Shown here: positions 8,315-17,305 of the stretch, piece after piece | Layout: the number at the start of each line of letters is the position of its first letter | Numbering within the stretch: position 1 is the stretch's first letter | The notes under the pieces: model-generated | Databases searched by the model: none | What the model was told of the DNA's origin: nothing | Seen by the model: the letters and a program-made list of their open reading frames with translations, nothing else | Assembly: GCA_016215325.1 (NCBI GenBank) | Contig: JACRJV010000027.1 | Span: 16,090 to 80,089 of the forward strand | Reading direction: 5' to 3' | Source of the DNA: Candidatus Uhrbacteria bacterium | GTDB taxonomy: Bacteria; Patescibacteriota; Patescibacteriia; JACRJV01 | Length of the DNA stretch: 64,000 nucleotides | Program-made: the position numbers and the translations under genes

Positions 8315-11191
8315 ATGATTCGCAATGTTTTTAGGGTAGCAATGGCCAGCGGGCTGATTCTGGGGAGTCTTTTTATGACTGGTCCGCTGAATGCTCAAAC
8401 TACGGTGGACAACGCGCAATACATGAGCGGCCCATTGCCACTGAGCACCACTCTTCATACCGGCGAAGCGCTCGGACCCCTTGTGGTTTCAGTAAAAAAT
8501 ACAGGGACTAGTGCTTGGCCTCAATATAATGGCGCGGGGTCAGAAGGTATCGTGATTGGCCCTTGGCCCGATGACAATCCGAGCAATAGAGCATTTGATG
8601 CTGGGGCAACTGTACATCGAAATATTTATCATAGTGTCGTTCCAGGAGAAACGGTCAGTATTGATTTACTTCAGACACTGGGAATGGTTGCGCCACAAAT
8701 TCCTGGCACCTATAACCTGCAATGGAAGATGTATCGCTACAATGATGCGACCAGAGCGAATGTGCCTTTTGGAGATCCGATCCCAACACAACCGCTCATC
8801 ATTACGGTTGTGGCAAACTATGACCCAACATTCAGCAGCATCGCCGCTCCAACGGCCCCAATACCCCTGAATCAAAATTTCTCTCTTTCATGGACTGTAC
8901 GTGACGCAGATTCCGATCGTCTGGAGTGGAGTGTCGATTGGGGGGATGGAACACCTGTATCGCACCCACAAGGAGGGTATATTTGTCAGGCTCGTGTTGA
9001 TTGCCCAGGGTCGCAGTCATTTTCATCGAACCATACATGGACGACGGCCGGAACCTATTCGGTCATCATCAAAGTCACGGATGGGAAGGGGGGAACGGCA
9101 AGGGATACTGTATCGGTGACCGTCGCTGCGCCGACGCTCCAAGACAACGCACAACTTTTAGAAGTGGGGTTTGATTCCTCTGGTAAGTCTGTATTTAAGC
9201 CAGGAGAAACGCCGAATGTATTTCTGAAATTCAAAAACACCGGAACAAGTGACTGGGAAATTGGGAAAGTATTTTTATATCCATTACCTTATAACGATGC
9301 CGATAATCGGGCATGGCAAGGCGGGGGAACCGTCGGTCGACCAGTTCCGCTTTGGGTTTCCCCCGGAGGCACTGCTGGTTTTAATCTTGGTGGGAATCTG
9401 GGTATTACCGCTCCACAGACACCCGGGACGTACAAACTTCAATGGAGGCTCTATCGAAAAATAGATCCGAATCGCGATGAAGTGACACCGTTTGGCGACG
9501 TAGCCCCCTCCAGTCCGCTCATGTGGACCGTCGCCGCTCCAACGGTTACACTCAATGCCCAGCCGGCTGGCGGTACATTCCCTACAAAAACCATTTTTGC
9601 TCCGGGAGAAATCGTGGAACCAAGGATTATCATGAGAAATACCGGCACACAGAATTGGCTCCCATGCAATCAGTTGCTGCTGGAGATATCCAAAGCGAAT
9701 TTAAATATCGGTGGACAGGCGAATGATTCGGATTGCTCCAGTGTCTATGCCAAGCCCGGAGAAGAGTATGCGTTTCAATCGCTCATGTCGTTGCCGACAA
9801 TGCAAGGGACGTACACTTATCAATGGCAGATGGCTAGTCGCGACCCCGGGCAAACCATCGACCAGGCTCGGAGATTCGGATCCGTGACATCACCATGGAC
9901 CGTGACGATTGCCGAGCCCACACCAAACAACCCCCCGGTCATTCAAGGCATCACTGCTCCGAGTGTGTTGAGCGTGCGCGAAGCAGGTACATGGAAGATC
10001 AGGGCCTATGATCCAGAAGGCAAACCCTTGAGCTACTACGCCACGTGGGGAGATGAGATGGTTGGGTCGCAACCCGCAATGACTTCAGCTCCGTCGTATG
10101 AGAAAACGCAAAACATCACATTCACGCACTACTACACCCAGCCCGGTGTGTATGAACCTCGGTTTACCGTGGTTGACAGCGCGAATCAGAAGGCCGATAC
10201 CAGCGCGAGTGTGACCGTTAACGAGTCAACGCGGCCGCCGGAACCAGTGCCAACGGGCTCCATGAAAGTTACCGTGGTTAACGGTGACATTCAGTGTATC
10301 AAAGCCCCTTGCGGCGTGCTCAAGAATGCCAAGGTCGCGGTATATGCTCTCAATGGCGACAGCCTTGGGGACTTTATTGGTAGTTCTGATACGAGCGGAG
10401 GCGCTGCGGGATTTTATGAAATTCCGGTCGGTCGGTATGTGGCTTATGCGAGCGCTCCAAACTTCAACGAGGCAAAGGGATTGTTTACCATCCGTCCCCA
10501 CCAAGGAGACTACCTCACCATTCGATTGTCCGCGGTCAGAGAAATATTAACCTGCCCGCCGGATTGCCCGGATGTTATCGATGATGTGTTTGAGCCGGAA
10601 TTTCCCAATGGCTCTCTTATTCAGCTCCAGCGCACGAAAGGTGTCTATTACATCGAGAATGGTCAAAAGCGTCCGATCCGCTCGCGCGCAGTGTTCGATG
10701 CCCGTGGGTTTGATATGAGCGACGTGATTGTGGTGGACAAGAAAGATTTTGATCGCTATCCCACAGGCCCAGAACTCACCGCATCCTCGACAACCACAAC
10801 AACGACGACGGGAGCGCTCCAAGAAGGATGGCTCGTGAAGGCATTGAATGATAAAGCAGTCTATCGGATCGAAAGTGGGAAACGTCGGCCGTTCCTCTCG
10901 GGCAGTGTTTTCGAGGCTCGAGGATATTATTGGAGTGATATTGTGGTGGTCAACCCTTCTACGCTCGAGGCATACTCGTTGGGAGACACCATTACTTACA
11001 GTCGCCTCGGCGATGGGTTCTTGATTAAATCGCCCCGTCACCCCGAGGTGTTTTGGACAGAAAATGGCCAAAAGCGCCATATCGCTAACGAATCCGTCTT
11101 TGCGGCGCACGCCTTCCGCTGGCAAGATATCCATGTCATCAGTGAAGATGAGGTTGCCAGCTATCCAACCGGCTCGGACATGGACCGATAA
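8315..11191 (+). CDS. large secreted surface protein: NBR1-like Ig repeats, PKD domains, three C-terminal cell-surface repeats
   Basis: Signal peptide; repeated KNTGTxxW...APxxPGTYxLQW; VDWGDG and ATWGDE PKD motifs; 3x VYxIExGxKRP...VFxARG. Confidence 0.8.
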   Translation: MIRNVFRVAMASGLILGSLFMTGPLNAQTTVDNAQYMSGPLPLSTTLHTGEALGPLVVSVKNTGTSAWPQYNGAGSEGIVIGPWPDDNPSNRAFDAGATVHRNIYHSVVPGETVSIDLLQTLGMVAPQIPGTYNLQWKMYRYNDATRANVPFGDPIPTQPLIITVVANYDPTFSSIAAPTAPIPLNQNFSLSWTVRDADSDRLEWSVDWGDGTPVSHPQGGYICQARVDCPGSQSFSSNHTWTTAGTYSVIIKVTDGKGGTARDTVSVTVAAPTLQDNAQLLEVGFDSSGKSVFKPGETPNVFLKFKNTGTSDWEIGKVFLYPLPYNDADNRAWQGGGTVGRPVPLWVSPGGTAGFNLGGNLGITAPQTPGTYKLQWRLYRKIDPNRDEVTPFGDVAPSSPLMWTVAAPTVTLNAQPAGGTFPTKTIFAPGEIVEPRIIMRNTGTQNWLPCNQLLLEISKANLNIGGQANDSDCSSVYAKPGEEYAFQSLMSLPTMQGTYTYQWQMASRDPGQTIDQARRFGSVTSPWTVTIAEPTPNNPPVIQGITAPSVLSVREAGTWKIRAYDPEGKPLSYYATWGDEMVGSQPAMTSAPSYEKTQNITFTHYYTQPGVYEPRFTVVDSANQKADTSASVTVNESTRPPEPVPTGSMKVTVVNGDIQCIKAPCGVLKNAKVAVYALNGDSLGDFIGSSDTSGGAAGFYEIPVGRYVAYASAPNFNEAKGLFTIRPHQGDYLTIRLSAVREILTCPPDCPDVIDDVFEPEFPNGSLIQLQRTKGVYYIENGQKRPIRSRAVFDARGFDMSDVIVVDKKDFDRYPTGPELTASSTTTTTTTGALQEGWLVKALNDKAVYRIESGKRRPFLSGSVFEARGYYWSDIVVVNPSTLEAYSLGDTITYSRLGDGFLIKSPRHPEVFWTENGQKRHIANESVFAAHAFRWQDIHVISEDEVASYPTGSDMDR

Positions 11192-11207
11192 CATCAGTCA
11201 ATACACT

Positions 11208-11236
11208 TTGACCCCCCTGCGGTCACATGATATAGT
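11208..11236 (+). promoter_or_regulatory. sigma70-like promoter for second ANTAR gene
   Basis: TTGACC-17-TATAGT. Confidence 0.6.
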
Positions 11237-11277
11237 CAAGGGAGAGGAATACCATTGAGTATCTAACTCTCCCTACT

Positions 11278-12027
11278 ATGGCACTAACCGGCGCTCGCAC
11301 TCTTGCACGCCGCATGGTCGGCGTTTCTGCAAAACATCCGGCAGGACAGTACGACGAACTCGACATTCTTTACCGAATTAGTGATACGATTAGCACCAAT
11401 CTTGACCTTGATGACGTATTTTTACGCATCATTAAACTGGTCGAAATGGTGACAAAGGCAGATGCATGTCACCTTTTCCTGTTGATGGATAATGAATTGG
11501 TATTGCGCGCTTCGAGCAAATCGCGGAGTAAACTCATTGGCAAGCTAAAATTGAAACTCGGGGAGGGCGTGGCTGGTTGGGCCGCGGTCAATCAAGAGAT
11601 GGTCGAGATTCCCGAAAAAGCGTACGAGGATCCGCGTTATCGATTTGTGCAAGAATTGCCGGGGGACCAATATGAAGCGCTTTTGTCGGCCCCGCTATTT
11701 TTCCGTGATCGAGTGGTTGGGGTTATCAATATTCGCAGTAAGCAGCCGCGCCATTACCCCGATCATATTTGCAATCTTTTACGCGTGATTGGCCGCCAAG
11801 TCGGGGGTGCGATCGAAAACGCGCGGATGCTGGAAGGAACCAAGAGTTTCCGCAGCGTGGTGGCTACCAGGAAATTTATTGACCGAGCAAAAGAGTTGAT
11901 TTCGCGGAAGATGCATATTTCTTCTGACACCGCCTACGAAGTCCTTTTGCGCGAGAGTATGAAAAGCGGCAAGAGCGTGAAGGAAGTTGCCGAAGCCATG
12001 ATGATTGCCGATGAGATCGAAAAGTAG
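11278..12027 (+). CDS. GAF + ANTAR domain protein (paralog 2)
   Basis: GEGVAGWAA, DPRY; ATRKFIDRAKELI...AYEVLLRESMKSGKSVKEVAEA. Confidence 0.88.
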   Translation: MALTGARTLARRMVGVSAKHPAGQYDELDILYRISDTISTNLDLDDVFLRIIKLVEMVTKADACHLFLLMDNELVLRASSKSRSKLIGKLKLKLGEGVAGWAAVNQEMVEIPEKAYEDPRYRFVQELPGDQYEALLSAPLFFRDRVVGVINIRSKQPRHYPDHICNLLRVIGRQVGGAIENARMLEGTKSFRSVVATRKFIDRAKELISRKMHISSDTAYEVLLRESMKSGKSVKEVAEAMMIADEIEK

Positions 12028-12076
12028 AGTGCGAATCGGTACCCGAATGACGCCCGAATATATCCGAATCCTATGG

Positions 12077-12107
12077 AAAACCCGAAGCTTATGGCTTAGG
12101 GTTTTTC
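12077..12107. terminator. bidirectional intrinsic terminator between ANTAR2 and trpS
   Basis: AAAACCCGAAGC-TTATG-GCTTAGGGTTTTT hairpin between convergent genes. Confidence 0.6.
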
Positions 12108-12141
12108 TGTTTGGAAAAGATTCGGATCAATTCGTACTGTT

Positions 12142-13128
12142 TTATTTCAGCAGCCCAATCTTTTCTCGCGCCTGCTCCATGGTTTTGGTCGCTACTGATC
12201 GTGCGCGATGGGCGCCGTCCTCCAAGATTTTTTTGAGCGTTTGGGGCGTTCCCATGAGTTTTTGGTATTCATTCTGCAAGGGGGCGAGGGACTCAATAAC
12301 CGTTTCGGCCAACTCTTTTTTGAATGCCGCATACCCTTTGCCTGCAAAGTGTTTCTCGAGCTGGGGGATGCTCTTGCTCGAGAGAACGCTCATGATGGTC
12401 AGCAGGTTTGTGAGCGCGGGCTTGTCCTTTCCGCTGATGACCTCGGTACCGGAATCCGTAACGGCCTTGGCAATTTTTTTCTTTATGGTTTCGGCATCAT
12501 CGGTGAGTGCAATATAGTTGTTCGGGGAGCTCGCGGACTTACTCATTTTTTTATTTGGATTATCCAAGCCCATAATCCGAGCGCCTTCTTTTTGGAGTCG
12601 GACCTCGGGAATCCGGAATGTTTCTCCGAAACGATGGTTAAAACGCTTGGCGAGTTCACGCGTGAGCTCGACGTGCTGTTGTTGGTCTTCCCCCACCGGA
12701 ACAATGTGGGGCTGGTACAACAGGATGTCCGCAGCCATCAGTACGGGATAGTCAAAGAGGCCAACCGTCACTGACCCCTGACCCTTGACTCCTGATGTCT
12801 TATCTTTGAACTGGGTCATCCGTTCCAACTCACCCATGGTGGCAATCGTATTGAGGATCCATCCCAATTCAGCATGTTCTTTGACATGCGACTGTACAAA
12901 TAATGTTGACTTCTGGGGGTCCAATCCCGCGGCAAGATACATCGCTGCTAAACTCAACGTATTCTGCCGGAGTTGCTCCGGCTCTTGCGGGACAGTGATC
13001 GCGTGCAGGTCAACGATACAATAATACGCATGGCCTTCGTTCTGGAGAGCAATGAATTGTTTAAGTGCGCCCAGATAATTGCCGAGGTGTAACACTCCAG
13101 AAGGTTGGATGCCAGAGAGGATGGTCAT
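12142..13128 (-). CDS. trpS: tryptophan--tRNA ligase
   Basis: SGIQPSG, HLGN, YPVLMAADIL, VPVGEDQ, KMSKS. Confidence 0.97.
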   Translation of the reverse strand: MTILSGIQPSGVLHLGNYLGALKQFIALQNEGHAYYCIVDLHAITVPQEPEQLRQNTLSLAAMYLAAGLDPQKSTLFVQSHVKEHAELGWILNTIATMGELERMTQFKDKTSGVKGQGSVTVGLFDYPVLMAADILLYQPHIVPVGEDQQQHVELTRELAKRFNHRFGETFRIPEVRLQKEGARIMGLDNPNKKMSKSASSPNNYIALTDDAETIKKKIAKAVTDSGTEVISGKDKPALTNLLTIMSVLSSKSIPQLEKHFAGKGYAAFKKELAETVIESLAPLQNEYQKLMGTPQTLKKILEDGAHRARSVATKTMEQAREKIGLLK

Positions 13129-13328
13129 AGTCAGTACGAATTAATCCGGATGACGCCCGAATATATTCGAATTTTCGCACAATCCATAGTGAATGACAAG
13201 GGTTTACGGGAGCTCTTGCCCAGCGGGCACTGATATGGTAGTCTAGAGGCATACTATTGGCGTTTATCCGCGTGTTGATCCCTGCCTACCGGCAGGCCAG
13301 GCGCGTTTTTCTGCTTCTACAAAAAAAT

Positions 13329-13694
13329 ATGGATGCCGCAACAATGGCCGAAATAAGCAAAAAACTCAACGAAGAAGAAAAGCGCCTCGAGCAAGATCTT
13401 GCCGATATCGGCCGACGCTCCGGTGTGGGGCGAATCTCCGAACCGGACTTCCCTTCGTTTGGAGACAAAGAGGATGAAAACGCTGCAGAAGTAGCACTCT
13501 ATGGCGACAATCTTTCGTTAGAGGAAACATTGGAGCGCGAGTTGCGGGATGTCAAGAATGCGATCAAGCGGATTGCCGACGGGGCCTACGGTATTTGCAA
13601 ATATTGCAAACAAGAAATTGCACTCCAGCGTTTGCTTGCTCGGCCGGAATCCAGTTCTTGCGTAACCTGTAAAGAGAAATTTTCACGGGGATAA
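13329..13694 (+). CDS. TraR/DksA C4 zinc-finger protein
   Basis: YGICKYC...RLLARP...CVTC with coiled coil carrying DEN. Confidence 0.88.
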   Translation: MDAATMAEISKKLNEEEKRLEQDLADIGRRSGVGRISEPDFPSFGDKEDENAAEVALYGDNLSLEETLERELRDVKNAIKRIADGAYGICKYCKQEIALQRLLARPESSSCVTCKEKFSRG

Positions 13695-13705
13695 TCCTTG
13701 CCGCT

Positions 13706-14098
13706 GTGGCATGGTGGTTGTTGATCGTTGGGATAGGCGTGCTGGATCGGTTGATCCGCACGTTTTTTGTTGGGGCGCATTTACAGATAAGTTCGGTGAC
13801 GGGATTATCGGGATACCGGTGGGCAATGATTTCATCCGTGTTGGTTGGTATGGCGGTCATTGCCACAATGCGATGGCAAACACAGCGTCGCCCGATACTC
13901 GTCGCATCCGGCGCAATGATTGTTGTGGGAGGCATCAACAACATCGTCGATCTCTTCATTTATCGCGGCGTTATTGATTACTGGACGATTAGCCACCCAT
14001 GGGGAATGTTTTGGTTTAATGCTGCGGATGGTATGATTATCAGCGGTGTTATTTATTGGTTTATTGATTTATTGCATTCGGATACAAAAATAAACTAA
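13706..14098 (+). CDS. lspA: signal peptidase II (divergent)
   Basis: GGINNIVD...GVIDY...FNAAD; follows the dksA-like gene. Confidence 0.75.
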   Translation: MAWWLLIVGIGVLDRLIRTFFVGAHLQISSVTGLSGYRWAMISSVLVGMAVIATMRWQTQRRPILVASGAMIVVGGINNIVDLFIYRGVIDYWTISHPWGMFWFNAADGMIISGVIYWFIDLLHSDTKIN

Positions 14099-14127
14099 TA
14101 GATTTTAGTAAATTAATAAATCTCGCT

Positions 14128-15663
14128 ATGCCGTCATCGTTATGGACCGCAACGATGCAGGGGATTGATGCCATCCCTGTTGCTGTCGAGGTGGACGTGA
14201 GTCCCGGGCTGGGCGCTGTGACCGTTGTTGGGTTAGCGGATACCGCGGTGCAGGAAGCGCGCGAACGGGTGCGCGCGGCACTCAAGAACAGCAACCTCCC
14301 GTTCCCTCGGCAACGCGTTACGATCAATCTCGCTCCGGCAGACCTTAAAAAAGAGGGGCCGCGGTTTGACCTCCCCATCGCACTCGCGATTTTGGCCGCT
14401 GCCGACGAAACGCTCCCCCCGATTCCTCAAACATGGATGCTCTGCGGGGAGTTGGGCTTGGATGGGTCCATACGGCCGGTGGACGGCACCATTGCCATTG
14501 CGGTTGCAGCCCGGCAGCATGGGTGTACGCATCTCTTTATCCCCCAGGCCAACGCCCAAGAAGCGGCGTTGGTGGAAGGGATTTCGGTGATCGCTGTTTC
14601 GACCCTCGCGCAACTCCTCGACCATTTGCGTGGCGTATCCGAAATAACAACAACACCCACGACGATGGTGGGCGATACGGCGGCAACGGTTTCGTTGGCA
14701 ACAGACATGGCATTTGTCCGCGGGCAGGAATCTGCTAAACGCGCAATGGAAATAGCGGCCGCCGGCGGCCATAATATTCTACTCTCCGGTCCTCCGGGGT
14801 CTGGCAAGACCATGCTTGCGCGGTCGATTGTATCGATCCTGCCGCCCATGAGCCGGGATGAATTTTTGGAAGTCACACGGATTTACAGCGTCGCCGGGAT
14901 CCCCAATAATCGCCGACCCGCACTGCATGCGCGCCCCTTCCGCAACCCACACCATACCGCATCGGATATTTCGTTGATCGGCGGCGGAGCGCATCCGCGG
15001 CCGGGGGAGATTACACTCGCGCATCGCGGCGTATTATTCTTGGATGAATTACCAGAATTCGGCCGCGATGTTCTGGAAGCGTTGCGCCAACCCCTCGAGG
15101 ACGGCATGGTGACCGTGGCGCGTGCGCAGATGAGCGTGCAATACCCTGCAAAATTTATGTTTGTGGCAAGCTGTAACCCCTGCCCCTGCGGATTTTCTGG
15201 GACCGGGCAAAAACCGTGCATTTGTTCTGCCAGTCAAATCTTGCGGTACCAGAAGAAGCTTTCTGGGCCATTGTTAGATCGCATTGATCTCGTTATTGAT
15301 GTCCCCGCGGTGGAGACCGAAAAACTGTTGGCATCGACGGTTTTGGGTGAATCCAGCAGCCAAATTCGGCAGCGGGTGATTGCGGCGCGCTCCCGCCAGC
15401 AGGATCGATTCCAAGGGACCGGCCTTTTCAATAATGCCGAGATGACCACCCCGGATGTTGGCCGGTGGTGTGCCTTGGATGACGCGTGCCGCAGTATGCT
15501 TGCAAAGGCGGTGGATCGGTATCGGCTTTCTGCGCGTTCATACATGCGGATCCTGAAGGTGGGACGCACGATTGCCGATCTTGCGTCAGAGGAATCGATC
15601 GCTCTACCGCATCTTGCCGAGGCGCTCCAGTATCGGCCGCGGTTGGCGGAAACCATTGCATAA
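14128..15663 (+). CDS. comM: YifB/ComM Mg-chelatase-like AAA ATPase
   Basis: INLAPADLKKEG, GPPGSGKT, PFRNPHH, LFLDELPEF, NPCPCG. Confidence 0.93.
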   Translation: MPSSLWTATMQGIDAIPVAVEVDVSPGLGAVTVVGLADTAVQEARERVRAALKNSNLPFPRQRVTINLAPADLKKEGPRFDLPIALAILAAADETLPPIPQTWMLCGELGLDGSIRPVDGTIAIAVAARQHGCTHLFIPQANAQEAALVEGISVIAVSTLAQLLDHLRGVSEITTTPTTMVGDTAATVSLATDMAFVRGQESAKRAMEIAAAGGHNILLSGPPGSGKTMLARSIVSILPPMSRDEFLEVTRIYSVAGIPNNRRPALHARPFRNPHHTASDISLIGGGAHPRPGEITLAHRGVLFLDELPEFGRDVLEALRQPLEDGMVTVARAQMSVQYPAKFMFVASCNPCPCGFSGTGQKPCICSASQILRYQKKLSGPLLDRIDLVIDVPAVETEKLLASTVLGESSSQIRQRVIAARSRQQDRFQGTGLFNNAEMTTPDVGRWCALDDACRSMLAKAVDRYRLSARSYMRILKVGRTIADLASEESIALPHLAEALQYRPRLAETIA

Positions 15664-15666
15664 CAA

Positions 15667-15692
15667 AATCCCCGGCACATTGCCGGGGATTA
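15667..15692. terminator. hairpin between convergent comM and M23 genes
   Basis: AATCCCCGGCA-CAT-TGCCGGGGATT. Confidence 0.55.
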
Positions 15693-15718
15693 TTCCTCAT
15701 CTCTTCATCTCCGCATCT

Positions 15719-17080
15719 CTACTTATAGAACAACAGCGGGTTCAACCGTTGGCTTCCTTTGAGTACTTCAAAGTGGAGATGCGGCCCCGTCGATCGGCCG
15801 GTGGAGCCCACCAGGGCGATCACCTGTCCTTTGGCAACAGAATCACCCGCCTTAACTAAGAGTTTGCTCGAGTGCGCATAGCGCGTGAGGCTTCCGTTAT
15901 TATGCTTGACGATGACTTGCAGCCCATACCCCCCGCGGTTCCACCCTGCTAATGCCACGGTTCCGCTGTCAGCCGCATAAATAGGGGATCCTTTCGACCC
16001 TTTAATATCCAGTCCCGTATGCCGGCTTCCGCGGAAGTATTGGTTGATTTTTCGGCTGACGGTTGGCCATACTAATCCCACGATGTTACTGACATCCAGC
16101 CCCTTTGGGATCTGCGTGATAACCGGTTCGGATGTGCGGACCTTTGTGTTGGCGGGTCGCGTGGTAGCCACCACATGACCACGGGGGATAACAATCGTCG
16201 CCCCGGCCACGAGGCCATCGTCGCTCAAGGCATTGTAGGATTGAATCTCTTGAACATCGCTATTGGTAGACTTTGCGATCCGCGACAACGTATCGCCTTT
16301 TTTGACGATATATGAAATTCCGGATGTCGGCAGAATCTTCAAAATTTGACCAGGCCGAATCACACTATAGGCGCCCAAAGAATTTTCCCACAGTACCGTA
16401 TTGATCGAAATGCCAAACCGCTCGGCAATGGAACTCACCGTATCCCCATCGGTCACCACATATTCGATGGTGTTTTTACGGGTAGGGCCGATTGGTGCAG
16501 GGGGAATGATATCGCTACCCGGCAAACTCAACGGACTTTCGATCCCGGCATATTGTTCATCCGTAAAGTCACCCCCTTCATCCCCACCATTAGATGTTTC
16601 CTCATCGTATACGAACAAGTCGAGCAGTTCGGGATCAACCGCGCTCAAGTCTTCGCTCATGCTGTTGCCGGCGGGTTGGAGAATCGGCAGGGAAGAATCT
16701 TGGATGAGCGGCGTTGTCGGTTGAGGACGCAGAATTTGTGCGACAATATTCGGTTGCGCCGTGGGCGCCGTTGTTTGGTCTGACGCAAATAATACTCCGC
16801 GCGTACCCACAAGTGCCACTAACACCACCGCCCCTTGTACCAGCATCCGTTTTGGGCTCCAGAGGCTGGACATGGTATTGGAGCTATGGACAGATGATCG
16901 GATCATTTTGATCCCGGCGCTTCCGAATACAAACACGCGCACAAGCAACCGCTTGAGCATTGGCATTGCCCATCCAAAACTCCATCCAATGAATCGAATG
17001 AGTCGACGCACGCTTCCGCCAACGGCATGAATCATCATCAGCAGACTGCGTAGCGCCAGTGATTTGAGGGATCGAGACAT
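15719..17080 (-). CDS. LysM/M23 metallopeptidase
   Basis: Two LysM repeats (GDTVSSIA, GDTLSRIA); HTGLD, YAH, STGPHLHFE. Confidence 0.92.
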   Translation of the reverse strand: MSRSLKSLALRSLLMMIHAVGGSVRRLIRFIGWSFGWAMPMLKRLLVRVFVFGSAGIKMIRSSVHSSNTMSSLWSPKRMLVQGAVVLVALVGTRGVLFASDQTTAPTAQPNIVAQILRPQPTTPLIQDSSLPILQPAGNSMSEDLSAVDPELLDLFVYDEETSNGGDEGGDFTDEQYAGIESPLSLPGSDIIPPAPIGPTRKNTIEYVVTDGDTVSSIAERFGISINTVLWENSLGAYSVIRPGQILKILPTSGISYIVKKGDTLSRIAKSTNSDVQEIQSYNALSDDGLVAGATIVIPRGHVVATTRPANTKVRTSEPVITQIPKGLDVSNIVGLVWPTVSRKINQYFRGSRHTGLDIKGSKGSPIYAADSGTVALAGWNRGGYGLQVIVKHNNGSLTRYAHSSKLLVKAGDSVAKGQVIALVGSTGRSTGPHLHFEVLKGSQRLNPLLFYK

Positions 17081-17305
17081 GGGATTGTCTTTAAACGCCG
17101 AAACCACCCGAGAGGATCTCCACAGGTGGTTTTATATAGACTGCCCGTTTTTTTACTCGATGACAAACATCATACTGGTGCTCATTCTGCCAGAATAGGG
17201 GTCGGCTGTCAAGGGAAACTTGTACACAAGAAGTTTCTGGTGTATGCTATGAGATATATTATTTTATTTTAGTAGAGATAAAAAAATTCGATTTTTTTTA
17301 AATTT

